Of a DNA stretch of 64,000 nt, positions 50,173-63,826 are shown one piece after another. Source of the stretch: Chrysomallon squamiferum (lineage: Eukaryota > Animalia > Mollusca). Both the position numbers and the translations under genes were made by a program. Each line of letters begins with the position of its first letter. Within the stretch, counting starts at the first letter, position 1. The notes under the pieces were generated by a model. The model made no database searches and had not been told where the DNA came from. It worked only from the letters and a program-made list of their open reading frames with translations. The stretch covers positions 32,798,001 to 32,862,000 of the forward strand of contig CM022672.1 of the NCBI GenBank assembly GCA_012295275.1, in the 5' to 3' direction.

Positions 50173-51931
50173 AGGAAAATAACTGCCCTTTAAAATATTT
50201 ATTTCTGTTACAGGTAAATAAAATTTAATATATTTCTTGCTTTCGTAAATTGCCCCACTTTCCATATTTCACTCATTAGTGTGTGTGTGTCTGCGTGCGT
50301 GTGTGTGCGTATAAAAGCGCTTCTGAAATTTGAATTTACCGCCGCCAAATTCGATAATTATGCTGATTTCCGGAATTGAGAGTTATCGGTCTCTATTCGC
50401 GACAACCACACACATTATTAAGGCATTATAAAGATAATGTTGTTGAAATACGAAAATGTTATCACCAAAAAAACCCAGAAAAATACATCGGCTTCCTATG
50501 AAAATAATGGTTAGATTATCATTTTTTTCAAACGCCTTTTATTCTCTATTCTACAACAATGATAACGAGGAACTGGTAAAGTTGTCAACGGTGTAAGGGA
50601 AATAACTCTAATAAGGCTTCGTCGAACACGTGACGGGCACCTTTTGTTTTTCGCCATATTTAAAGATACGTGAGAAGTGTAGAGTTTTTCTTGGAAGCAA
50701 GGATTAATATTTCGTGTTGTGGATTTATGTTGATGTTGTCAAGTTATCATGGATTTTAACAATTATAAAGGTATGTAGTTTATGGCATGAAACAAGCAGA
50801 AAATTAAGAAATAGTGTCAAGTTATATCACTTTTAAAGTTTTAAAGTTTTATCAGGTCTGTAACTAAGTTACAGTAATTGTGTTTTCATTACCTCGATTA
50901 ACACAGACTTCACAATTTCACTGTTAGATAAAAAAAAAAAATGATAAGTGTCTCTCACTACGAAAAAAAAAAGTTCATCTTGATCAGATGTTTAACTTTG
51001 TTTAAATTTAAAATAACAAAATACAACGACTCTCACCTTTTTAAAAACATTTACATTAAGTCAAACACCATCTTGATTTGTTGGTTATGATTCATAAACA
51101 AACTGTTATGATTATCATTAATGATTGTGCCCGCCTGTTACTACACGTACTAAAAAGTATTATTTGATTGGGCATTTTTATTTATTTATTTAATAATAAT
51201 AATAGTAATAATAATAATAATAACAAGAATTAATATAGGTGGAGCATGGTTACATTGTTATTTTATAATTTTACTGAATATAAACATCAATGTAAATATA
51301 TTGTCTATCAGTATATCACACACTCAAACATAGTTATAATACATTTTGATTCCTCTTCCATATTGTTAATTTATTATTAAGTACATTTGTTCTTAATACC
51401 TAGTCTACAGTTATTTTGCTTTTTAAGACAATATTACAATTTTAATGAATCAAAATCACAGCATTTTTTCAATAAAGGAGGGAAAAAGGAAGAAAATTAC
51501 CATAAATATAAGATGAAATATTGCTTTTACTCCATTATTTTTCACGTTACGATCATAAATTTTATTGTAAGTTTTCTCCATTCTCTATCCAGTTATGCAG
51601 AAATAATTTATTTTGGAGACATTTATTCTATTTTTTTTTCTTTTGTCACATACTGGGGCCCAAAAATGAGTCTAACTGCTGAGGTATGAAAAGCCATAAT
51701 TTTGATTCTGTTTTTAAAACGTATTTATTTATTTATATATCACATAGATACCATAAGTGATAGAAAGGCAAAGGAGACCACAGAGAGCAACAGTAGGTGC
51801 CAGCAGGCAAATTTTGTCTGACTTTAATTCATATAATATGCAAAAAAGTTAGCATATAATGAAAGCTGTAGCAAAAAGAAACAAAACACACAAAAAGTTA
51901 TGACTCAAAAGATATATGCAAATATTCTTTC

Positions 51932-53785
51932 GACAGGTATATGGTCAGTGTTCAGCCCTATTTTGGCTAATTAGCACAAATGGCTTTTTGGCCAGCTGTA
52001 GTTTGAAAAGTGATTGACACAAAAGACTCAAAAATCAACAAGAGTGATGGGACCAACTTGATAAATGAGCTCAATTTTTTTCAGACCTGTATGTTTGTAT
52101 GTGTGTTCACATTAACATGCTAAACATGCCAAAATCTTCAAAATGACATGTGGCAGAATCATTAAAATTGCAAACGACACTATAACTTCAGTTTTGGCCA
52201 ATTGAAAATTTACAACCAGTGTTTTGAACAGTTTTTAAAGACCTTTCAAATGGTACTATAAATATTTTTAGTCCCCCCTATGAAAAAGTGACTTCTGACA
52301 TCACCTAACCAGCAATTTGAATCAAAGTTATTATTTCATTTCTGAGATGCATAAAGCATTTGTACATCTTCTGTAACCTAACAAAGCTTTTTCTCACAGG
52401 AAATACAACTGCTTGTATTCACTGAATCTTGCATGAATAGAATGAGCATCACATAAGATCGAAATATGTCCATTTCTTGATGTCATTGCAAAGTCTGACA
52501 AGCTGACAAATTTGGATTCTACAACTGCCTGGTCTTCTATCTGTGGCCATTTGTAATCATCATCATTGATACAACACCTTTCCATAAAACTGACTGTTGC
52601 ACTCTTGTCAGGTAGAATGGTCTGAATTTCTCCTATGTAGAATTTGTCTTCATAGCCAATGACTAAGCACATGCCAGATCGACCATACTGGTAGGAGAAA
52701 CTCTAGCCAGATCAACCATACTGGTAGGAGAAACTGTAGTCAGATCAACCATACTGGTAGGAGAAACTGTAGCCAGATCAACCATACTGGTAGGAGAAAC
52801 TGTAGTCAGATCAACCATACTGGTAGGAGAAACTGTAGTCAGATCAACCATATTGGTAGGAGAAACTGTAGTCAGCAATGACTTCCACAATATTAGAAGC
52901 AATGCTACCACTGTTGTCAGATGACATTTAATGACATTTTCTTTGAAGTTCTTCCTTCTTTTGTACACCTATGTCTAGCTACTGTACATTATGTTGAACC
53001 TCACCATCAAGAAACTGCTTGAGACTGGCCACAAGCTCAGGCAGCTTCTGAATTACTTTCAGAACTGGTGATTTCACCCTCAAAATCAGCTTCTGCTACT
53101 GGACTTCAGCTTTGAGAGCCAAAAGCTGGTCTGTTACCTTTGCATAGGCTCTCAAAAGATGGTCAGTTTCTCCTGAGGTTTTGCATGGTCCACAACCTCT
53201 CAATGGTGGTTTCTTTTTTCTGGCTTTGTCTTTCTTTAACTGCAGGCTTCCTTGCACAGTTATCTGTCAGAGCTTCTTGACTCACTGCTATGGCATTCAC
53301 TTCATTAGAATTGTGTTTTCTTTACAGTTCTTTTGCTTGTGAAGTTGCCAAAGACAACGTTGCTGCTTTTTTCGCTCTTCTGAGAGTTTGGAGAACCAGT
53401 TTGACATACTCTTGTTTCTTTCTAACATGTTGATGCTGGGTGATAATATGCAGACACATTCTGTCTCTTAAATATGCTGACGTCCAAGTCTCCAAAACAC
53501 TGTTCTCCAACATTTGTCAGCTTGGAATGCTGGAGTTTGGCATGCTGTTCAGGGTCTTGGACTGTATGATAGCATCCATCTGGAAGTAAGTCACTCAACT
53601 GATGATTGATTATATCCAGAAAGCCTGTTGACATTGACTTGATAATCTTACAGACTGCTTGTTTCTTTTTCATATCAAAGTTATCGAAGATACCTTGGAG
53701 TGATTTTAATCTGTTTTTATTGGGTTTTTTTCTGATATATATAATTTAATAGGAAAATTATTTTTTTGAACATTTTGTAACATAC
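51932..53785 (-). mobile_element. Unassigned transposase-like remnant, copy 2
   Basis: ORFs 52394-52672, 53322-53513 and 53422-53673 mirror 22339-22707, 21753-21944 and 21482-21844. Confidence 0.55.
52673..52875. repeat. 33-bp tandem repeat, six copies
   Basis: Unit g(c/t)cagatcaaccatactggtaggagaaactgta starts at 52673, 52706, 52739, 52772, 52805 and 52838. Confidence 0.97.
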
Positions 53786-54992
53786 AAGTTATTTGTTATT
53801 TGTTCCTCTTGCAGCAGCATAGTACACACAAAACTACAGACTGGCTAGTATTTTTGTTTGCAAACAAATACATTTTTACTCTATTTCTCAGCAAGAAGCC
53901 AAACAACATCTTAAGGCAATATAAGGGTCAACAACATCGACTTACTATTTTTCAAGCATGTATTAGTTTGAATTTAGCACATGAAATTGTAATCTCACTC
54001 AGCCAAAGGTACTTAAGTTGAACAACAGCTTTTTTGGACAGAAGGGATCTGTATTTAGTGATCATTTATGTGAAAACCAAGCAGTAAAATGCAACTTGAA
54101 AAGCACTGATCTATGCAACGATAATTAAAGAAAATCATAAAAAACAAAATTACTTCACTATGCATAAACATGCACAATTAGGCATGTCCTATATTGAGAA
54201 GATCTCACAAAAAAACAATACAGGTTTGGTACATGAACGTTACGTCTATGCTAAACCTCTCTATTAAATAAATATGTATTAATAATTATAATCAGTAAAT
54301 GAACTGCCTTTAACTGCCAATATATGCAACTAATTAAAGTTCTGTTTACAGGGAAACGTGCAATGACAAACATTTAATCACAGTTTCTAAATTGTAAAAG
54401 TTACGTTGCATTGATTAGCTACCAAGATGTGGCCAGTTTACAGCTTTTAAATTTGTACAGCTGTGTGGCTTAACTCTTCACTTTGATTTTGTGGTTTTCA
54501 CCACATATGCAGGAATCTTGTAGCTACGGGCTTAGGGGTTTGAGACAGTTAAAGTAAAAATCCTTGGTTTGGGAAGCAACAAACTGGGTGTTCTGTTTGA
54601 TGAACACAGAGGTAATGGGGAGGTGTGAGAGAGAACATGAAACTTTGGCCTTGTTTTTATAAGCATTTGGCTGTATGATGTTGTAAGAAACATTTCTCCC
54701 TTGTTTGTTTTTTTCATGTCATTAGGCAGTGTAATGTGTATCATTAACAACATATTGTTTAGTGTGTGTGTGTTTGTCTTGGGCAATTTCATATGTAAAT
54801 AAAAATAATTAATATATCCACAAATGATAATAAGCAGAGAAAAAAGCATTTACCTGACGAATGTAGATGGATATATATCAATCGATCTGCATTTGTCAGA
54901 TAAATGCATTGTTATAAAAATTACTAAACTTTATATTTTACTATTGGTGCTAAATATTTTTTTGTACTATTGGTGTTAAATATTGTTTGTAG

Positions 54993-56653
54993 GTCACTGC
55001 AATATTATTCAGCTGCTGTCTACAAAGGGAATTTACATCATGGAGAAGGTTGAATCAGCTGTTACAGAAACCATTCTCATGTAGTCTGCACCATTCTGAG
55101 TTGTGAGTTTAATTTATTTTATTTTTGTGTTGTCAAGAGAAAAATAAGTTTTGTAATAGTTCTTAATTAGTTATGAAATACTGTAATAATAATCAGTTAT
55201 TTCCTGTTGTTTTGTTGCATTACTTCGTAACATACTTTATTAATCACAAAGTATGTCAGAAGTATTAGTTATTTATTTATAACTGTTTGTTTATTATTTT
55301 ATTTGTTTTTATTTTTTTCAGTGTGCTTCTACAGCTCTAATTGATGTGCTGATGTTGGCATATGCCAGTGAATTTGTTTCAGTAGAACATGCTGTTCAAG
55401 CCGTCAGGTATGTTGTTGTGTTTATTTATTTTTTTATATTATCATGTTAAATACTAAAATTTGAAATCATTTTTCTAATTAAAATGAGTGTGTTTGGCTC
55501 TGTTAAAGGTTTTTTAATTTAATTTTTTGGTTAATATATGATAAATTAAATTTAAGTTAAAGCTGAGATGTATTTAAAGGCATTCATCCTTCTACTTTGA
55601 TCACTAAGAAGGAGAAGTATTATGATGATTACAGTTAAATTTGTAAATGTATGAATGTATTAGGGAAGGAGAGATGATGAAGGAATGGCAAGACAGAGAA
55701 CAGAGGGAGATGGAGAATGAAATTTGGGCTGCATATTTTGTATGATTTATCATATAATGCAATGAGACCTCTGATTTTACATTCAGCATTTTGAACAAGA
55801 CATTTTTAAACTTTCAACCAAATTACAACTTTTAACACATCCAGTGAACTTCCATCAGGCGCTGAGGACACAGTTATTTTCTGGTTAAATAAAGTTTGTT
55901 CTGCTGCCATTGCAAAAGAGAACAAATCTGAGCAGGTGAATTTAATTTAATATATGAAGTTGCAGTTTGTAAATAATATATCAGTAAGTACACATATACA
56001 TACACACAAACACAAAGACATATACACATATCCACAGCCACATGCATATACTTACATTCATATAAATAAGATTATTTTGTTGTAAATGTTTATTTGTGTA
56101 TTTTAAAACAAGGGAATGAGTATTTTAAAGTGTTTAACTTTCCTGTTACGTAGGAGACAATGTACTGTAGTTTCTATTGTCTGCAGTCTCTCAGTTTTCA
56201 TGGTTTGTTTAATAAACACAATTTTTGTAAATAAAATAATGAATCGGTTGGTAACTTTAAAATTTAGCATATATTAAATGTATGAATGTTTATAGTTTAG
56301 AGAGGTGTTGTTATTGTTTTTGTAATCAACAAAATCACAAACTGTATAGAAAATCTTTCATAATCTCTCTCTCTCTCTCCACAGTCATATATCATCCTCC
56401 TTATTTTTTCCTGTATTATTAGATATTAACTGCCACATTGTTATTTATTTTTTCTTCAGATATATGTTTGAAAGATGGGTTAGGAATACCTAATTCTTTA
56501 TATAATTTTTCCACTTCACTTACAAGGACTTCCTGTGCACATGAGATAGAATACGAGAAACACTCTTAGTCTTTCCTGCAGAGCAGTTATTCTGGATAGA
56601 AATGATAAAACTGACACAGACTGGACAGCTTCTGACTGGTCAGGAAGCAATAA
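54993..56653 (+). pseudogene. CAMSAP: CAMSAP/Patronin internal fragment, copy 2; exons 54993-55102, 55322-55407, 55818-55935, 56154-56202, 56460-~56653
   Basis: HCNIIQLLSTKGIYIMEKVESAVTETILM*SAPF*V / CASTALIDVLMLAYASEFVSVEHAVQAVR / QITTFNTSSELPSGAEDTVIFWLNKVCSAA / ICLKDGLGIPNSLYN. Stops in exon 1, exon-3 acceptor mutated (ttcag to ttcaa), deletion in exon 5. Confidence 0.9.
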
Positions 56654-57701
56654 GTAAGTTTTGTGAGATTTTCATTATATTAATTTATGAAATTTATTAT
56701 TGTACTGGAAAAATTGGGATTTATACTATTGAGTTTTAGTGTATATTTAGAGGTATGCTTTTATGTATTTAAATCAATTTTTATTATTTAAAATGGGTGA
56801 TTTCAGGCTTTGAAAGATATTTATACAATGGTCAGTATTTGAGAAGGCTACTGATAAAGAAAGTTAATAATAAACAAATTACAAAGAACTACCAAAAAAT
56901 CATGTGATGTATGTTCTTAAATAAAATATTTCTTATTGAATTTAGATGTCTTCTATTTTAGCAGAATTTATATTTATCAATAATCAGGTTATAATATATA
57001 TTTAAAAAATACGTATCTTTAATTATTCATTACCTCAGACCGTGTATGTGTTTATCAGTATGTCTGTATGCATGCATGCACATTTGAAATAAAATAGCTT
57101 AAATATATTTTTGTCAACAAACATTCATTTGTATCTGTAAATGGCACATTGATATATATATAATAGTAAATAATGTTATTAATAAAAGCAATAAAAAATT
57201 AATTTTTTTTTTTTTTTTTGCTTTTTCAGGTAGATACCACAAAACAGACAAGTTAAAAATTGCAATATAATGGTGAATCAGAGTACATGGGACACTGTTC
57301 TGTTTGTATGTGTTATGAGTCAGCGGTCTAAATACAGGTGTGACAAATACTACCTTTATTATATTTAGTATAACAAAAATAGCTTTGCTCAAATACTAAC
57401 ACTTATACTCATCAGTGTGGTAATATTGTTTGTTTGTTTATTTATTGATTTATTGATTGATTTATTTACTTGTTTCACTTTTTAATTTATATGTTGATAT
57501 TTTTATTTATTTATTTTTCTTTCTTCTTTTCTTCTCTTTTATTTGACTACAAATATAATACAAATAAAACAAGCTAATAAAAAAGTAAAAGTAAATTAAT
57601 GTGTTAAAATACAGAAGTCTCCACAACATTAGTAAAAACCAAAATAATAATAATGATGATGATAATAATAATAATAATGATAATAATAATAATAATAATA
57701 A

Positions 57702-57732
<31 letters not shown>

Positions 57733-57899
57733 AAGAAGAATAATTTACATGTTTTAGAGGTATTTTTTCATATAAATAAATTAACATGTTTTAGGCATAA
57801 AAAATATTCGATCACATAAATAAAAGTATATATTATTGTAAGAAACATAAGAAAACAAAACAGAAAAATAGATCATAACGAGAACATGCGTATTACATT

Positions 57900-59240
57900 T
57901 TCACTAAACATATTACAAAATTCACATTTAACTGAATCTTTTTATACGATATAATACCAAATGTTTGTTATTAAGACAAATAATAAATTCTTGTACTGAA
58001 AGTATCTAAGCTCGGTGTTTGTAGTTAGCTTCCCACCATTTGTCACAGAACTCTATACCAAATTTATGCTTTTGTCTTTTTTTTTTTTTTTTTTTTTTTA
58101 ATAGTTAGCAACAAGACACTATAAATATAAAATTGTGGTCTTAAGTTATGTTTTCTTTTCTACAAATGGAATGCATGAAATCCAGTTGTCATTAGCAAAA
58201 AGAGATTTTAAAAATAAAATTACTTTCTTTGCCACTGTCTTATAATAAGCTGATTTATTATCACTTTTAATGCGAACATTATATTATATCTGTTGACGTA
58301 GTATTTTTATCTTGTCCCTTCTGCTTTCACATTTCTCTAGAAAGTTTGACCATATGTGTAAAACATTTTTCCAAAAGGAATTTGTGCGTTTCAACAATTT
58401 TGCTTCATTGTAGGCTGACCCTAAAACTAATGTCAGTGAAGTTTTTGATTATAAACAGTTACTCAAAAGAGAGGCAATGTCTTGGGTAAAATTTATGTCT
58501 TTAATCCACGATATCTTTAACGCATTAAAAAGTAAGTTAACAATTATTGCTCTTAAACAACCATTTTGATAATAGTCAAATAATGGGGCAGCGGGTGTTT
58601 TTTTTTTTCTAGCTATTTTATCAGGTTTTTTATTCCAAATAAACTGAAAGAAATAGGTTTCTAATATTTTAAAGAAATAGTTTGTTGGATTTGGCAGTGA
58701 AGAAAAAAAAAAACAATTTTCGATAAAACTAAACTTTTGATTGCAGTCATTTTTCTTAGAGGAGACTAAGAACATTTTGACCATTGTTCAAGCAGCCTTT
58801 TAACCTCTTTTAACTTTGCATTAAAGTTTAATTCTTGTATTTGATACAGATCCGTGGAAAACCGTACCCGAAGTATTGTGAATTCTGTGGTCCATTTTAA
58901 TTTTTGTTTTGATCAGATTTTGTTTATGATTAATTTGGTCTTTCCCTAAGTTTATTATATTTGTTTTGATAAGAATTAACTTAAAGACCAGATATATCAG
59001 TAAAATATTTTAATGTTTCCACAGATGCTCACAGAGTTTTATCACACCAACCTAATAGCAAATGTTGTGTCGTCGGCGAACTGTGAAATTTCAAAATTCA
59101 TTACCGTTTATCTTAATCCCGTATATATATGTTTTTTTTTTTATTTCTTAGCAAGATTCCAAGAATCTCAACACAAAATGAAAACGCAGTGAAATAACTT
59201 ATCACCTTGTCTATATCCTGGGTCATATTTTAAGCGTTTA
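57900..59240 (-). mobile_element. L1/Tx1-clade LINE ORF2 (RT and C-terminal) remnant, 5'-truncated
   Basis: GYRQGDK..FILCVEILG, GIKI.GNEFEISQFADDTT, FTDISGL, RLLEQWSK, SLPNP...FQFIWNKKPDKIARK...YQNGCL...ALKISWIK. Confidence 0.9.
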
Positions 59241-59829
59241 ACAATCTTACAATTTACATATGAACACGATTCCTGTTTATTACTAAAGGTCGATATCCAT
59301 GTTTGATTTGAAACTCCGAAGTTAATATAATAGTTGTTGTTGTTGTTTTTGTATTTTTTTTTCTGCTTCCACGATGTTGTATCGAAATCTGTATTATTCG
59401 AAATCTACAATTAATTAAGAATAAATTCGAAACACTAAGGGGAAATAACTCAAGCTTTCTTTTATGCAAGTGGTAAAGGAATTATCTCCCACTGTATCAG
59501 TAAACACTTTTGTTGTCTGCTAAACGAAGACTGTGAAACACGACGTGTTTGTTACTGGACATTTACTGTGAGTGGTGATCATTAAATAACAGGAGTATTA
59601 TTTGGTCTATGTTAATAAACTGTTGAAAGAGAATAAACAGTGTGTAATATACACCGATATGTTATATTGCTCTTGCACTTCATACTTATGAAAGGTTGGT
59701 TTAGAAAAAACTAATAACAAACTCAGGTGTAAGGCGGAAATCTGAATACTCAGAGCTCACGAATCTAATTTTATATGTAGCCTCGCAACTGTATGCTTTG
59801 TTGTCTGTGTGTCTGTCTCTCTGTCTGTG

Positions 59830-59886
59830 TAATTTAGGATTGAGTAGTTTAGGATTGAGTTATTTAGGACTGAGTAATTTAGGATC
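59830..59886. repeat. 15-bp tandem repeat (~4 copies)
   Basis: taatttaggattgag / tagtttaggattgag / ttatttaggactgag / taatttaggatc. Confidence 0.85.
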
Positions 59887-60564
59887 GAACGCTTGGTACT
59901 CACTCACTCCGAAGGCGGATGATGTCACCGTTCGGCCATGAAGACAACCTTGAAAAGGTTGCCCAATAACCGAGGTAATCACCGCTTCCCACAAAGCACG
60001 CCGTATTTTGCCTTTCGTATTTTCTGTGTGTATCTACGTTTTCCTGGAAACATGGCAATGACAAGTGTGTATTTAAGGTTGAATATTTCATTTCTATATG
60101 TGTCGTCTGCATAATAATTAAGCAGAGTTAGAACCAGAAGGTCTTAAATGCATATATTAATAAGATATTTTTACGTGCCTTTTCTATGTGTACATATCCG
60201 AGTGTTTGAGTATCTCTGTCTGTCTGTCTCACTCTGAATATTTTTCTCTCTATTTCTGTCTCTCTCTCCCTCTCTGTCCCACCTCTCTCTTTCTGTTTCT
60301 CTCTCTGTCTCTCTCTCTGACTTTTATATTTATGTATTTATTTTATATTTATTTATTTAAAAGTAACAAGTTATTTATGTATAACTATATAAAAAATTAG
60401 GACATGATAACAGATATGTTTGTTAATAAATATTCCATTGTTATAAATAGGTTTAGTATTACGGTTAGAGTTAGGGTTAAGATCAGGGCTGGTATAAAAT
60501 TTATCTTAATAACAGTTATCTTTCAAGATTATTTCATTTTTTTTTTTTATTTTTATTTTATTTT

Positions 60565-60595
<31 letters not shown>

Positions 60596-61398
60596 TTTGT
60601 TTGTTTGTTTGTTTGTTTTTTTTTTATCGCGTAAATATAAACTCGAGAGTTTATATTACTAAGTTGCTCTTCTTTATGACAAAGTTGTTTTTTTTTTTTT
60701 TTTTTTTTTTTTCGTTGTTTCTTTAGTGGTAAATGGAAGAAAGATAACTTTCTAAGTTTATAGTTGCCAAATGTTACCAAACTTATTAAGTCATTCCGGC
60801 TGTAAAAAATAACTATGGTTATTATTATTAAAACTTTAAAATAAATCTGTTACATTAACATTCATATTCATTGCAGTCTTTTCTCAGTTCATTATTTTCG
60901 TTTCACTACACATGTACGTAAAGTATATAATTCAGAAATACTATGTCCAAAACGAACACGTTTATAACATAAGAATTCAAAAATCTGGTTTTATTTACAA
61001 AAATGTAAACCATGCCTTATGCAGATTAGATATTGCTAGACATGAAATATGATTACAACTAAGATAAAGAACTTAGATCATTTAATATGGAGCTGATGAC
61101 ACTATTTCATTCTTCTTCTTCTTCTTCTTATTATTATTATTGAATCTTTTATTATTATTATTTTTTTTTGAATTTATTTATTTGATTTTATCACTTTGAT
61201 TTTATATAGCTTTTTATTCTTATATAATTTTTATTTATTTATTTAGAAGAGGATTGATACCAGTTAATTACTGTATTTATCCTTTGGATCTTATTCTTTT
61301 CAAATATGTGGTAAGTCTGATTTATTTTATTTAAGGGTACACCAACCCTAGCACGTGACAAATACAAAGCAGATTCAACAGCTAAGGCTGCAGGCAAG

Positions 61399-61736
61399 TT
61401 ATTTAAACTTTCTTTCTTTTGTGTTTTCTCACCTTATTAATTTGTCTTTATTTAAACTTTCTGTCTCTCTTTTTCTCTCCAGATTCATAGAAGTCTCACC
61501 TTATTAATTTAAATCTTTATTTAAACTTTCTTTCTTTTGTGTTTTCTTATTAACTGTCTCTCTGTCTTTTCTCTCCAGATTCACTGTCTCTCCCTTTTTT
61601 TCTCCAGATTCACAGAAGTCTCACCTTATTAATTTAAATCTTTATTTAAACTTTCTTTCTTTTGTGTTTTCTTATTAACTGTCTCTCTGCCTTTTCTCTC
61701 CAGATTCACAGAAGTCTCACCTTATTAATTTAAATC
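61399..61736. repeat. Complex tandem duplication of a polypyrimidine-CAG module
   Basis: ctgtctctc...ttttctctccagattca appears four times; ttatttaaactttctttcttttgtgttttc and gaagtctcaccttattaatttaaatc three times each. Confidence 0.88.
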
Positions 61737-61999
61737 GTCTGATGTTGTTTTCAGAACAGAACTGGACACTCTACATGAACTGTGGCTCTGTGATGTTGCC
61801 GCTCAGTCCCTTGGTGACATCACAGGTGAAAGTCTTACATAATGCAGGTAAATATATAGGCACTTTATTACCTACACTCCGGGTGTTTTCTGGATCGTCA
61901 TTTATAAATTTTACTTGCTACAGGTAAATCATTTCCGACCTTTTCTACCGCATCGGTTTGTTGTGGTTGTTTTGTTTGTTGTTGTTGTTTTGGTTATTT

Positions 62000-62030
<31 letters not shown>

Positions 62031-62279
62031 TTTGTTTATTTATTTTTTTTTTTTTTTTTTTTTTTTTGTAGTTCTGTCTTTCTTTCTTTTTTACATTCTT
62101 TCTCTCTCTCATGTTTCTATTTGTCTATAGTCAGACTGAACGAGTATTAATGTTACACAGCATATTATTATGAAATAAATTAGTCAATAATAATAATCCC
62201 TCAAAAAAGGGATAAACTTTCGATAAGAAAATATTTTATTTTCATTGATAATTGTTGTTGATGGAATAGGAAACATACA

Positions 62280-62311
<32 letters not shown>

Positions 62312-63319
62312 CACACACACGTACGTACGTACATACATAGAATATTCGAAATCCTAAACTACATACTTGCGAATGCCCAGTTTCCCACAAAAAATAGATT
62401 CACGCAGAAATGACGAATATTGTCTATGTGCAGAGTTTAATCAGACGTACACAAAACAGAGAATATTCAAAATGCTAAACTACATACAAAGATGAATCTA
62501 ACAGACCGTACATAAACTTTTAGAGCTGTCACAGAAGAAACCCACAGGACATAATAAAAGTGGTGACGCAGATCTCGTTGCTGATTTCGAAAGCTTCTCA
62601 TAAAAGTTGAAGCTTCAGGGCGCCAAAGATTTAGTTCTGCCGATCAGATACCTATAAACGTGATAAAAAGATTCTTTTCGAATAAATAAAGGGAGAGAAC
62701 TCTACTGGTCCTGTCAAAGAGTTATCTGGTTTAGTTTAGACACTGCAGACGATCGTCGACTGGCGACCTTTCGAATTTACGTCTGCCCGGGTTAAAAAGC
62801 TACGTTAACATTTCCACTGGTGCAAGATGTTTCTCGTCCTTTTTTGCGAGATTAAAAATTAAAAATTAAAAAAAGAAGAAGTAAAAGAAAAACTGAGACT
62901 GAACATCTCTACCAGCTGGACAAGTCTGTGAACTAACTGGTCAATTTCCGTGCATCAGTGATCAAATAATAATTTAGCAGTAAGAAAGTTAACGGTAATA
63001 ATAGTAATTTGCACTGACATCGTTTATTTTTAACTATCATACATACAGAATATTTAAATAAAAGATTAAATACTTCTAACAGCTCTGTTTATACTTCATG
63101 TTAATAATCCGATAGCTGTGACAGTTATTCCACCATGAAAGGTTTAAGCTCGTATTTCTTTGTAAGAATTTGTAGTCCTGTTCAAGATGTATACAGAGAA
63201 ATGAGGTGTATGTACATTCGTCATTTATTTCCTGCAGCCTGAATTCAAAACATAATGATCAGATAAACTACCACAGTCTTAAAATACCTGTATTTTTTTT
63301 TTTTTTTTATTTACTACTT

Positions 63320-63373
<54 letters not shown>

Positions 63374-63469
63374 TTATTACTCTTATACGTACATACATAC
63401 ATACATATACATATATATTTTTTTTTCTTATTTGTATTTATTTATATCTTTGTTTTTATTATTATTATC

Positions 63470-63513
<44 letters not shown>

Positions 63514-63538
63514 GTCAGTGTTACTACTACAGCTAAGT

Positions 63539-63826
63539 CATAGGTTTATAACCTGGGGGTCGTGAACCCCAGACGGGTCGCGAATCTTTTTTCTGGGGGT
63601 CGAGATCGTTTTTCAACTTGATGGTTTAGATTGGGAGAAATAAACAAAAACAACATGTAGATAGGTTTGGGACCCGTCACAGTGAATATAGATTCCTTTT
63701 GTACTGTCTTTGGTTGATGAAAATATGGTAACCCTAGATATTATTGATAAATGTTTTTAAAGGGGTCATCTGTCGTATTGAATTGTTCATAAGGGGTCGC
63801 GGTATGAAAAAGTCCGAAAACCAGTG
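63539..63826 (+). mobile_element. hAT-type MITE (copy B)
   Basis: cataggtttataacct ... cgaaaaccagtg, internal ggggtcgcg motifs, 8-bp TSD agctaagt/agctaaat; homologous to 1554-1843. Confidence 0.85.

Larger units (their letters stand above)
47818..56613 (-). repeat. Right arm of large inverted duplication
   Basis: Reverse complement of the left-arm blocks; lacks left-arm segments 14151-20410 and 27283-29397. Confidence 0.95.

Noticed and set aside
61248-61310. RGLIPVNY as an SH3 C-terminal motif
   Set aside because: Eight residues only, with no upstream SH3 sequence.
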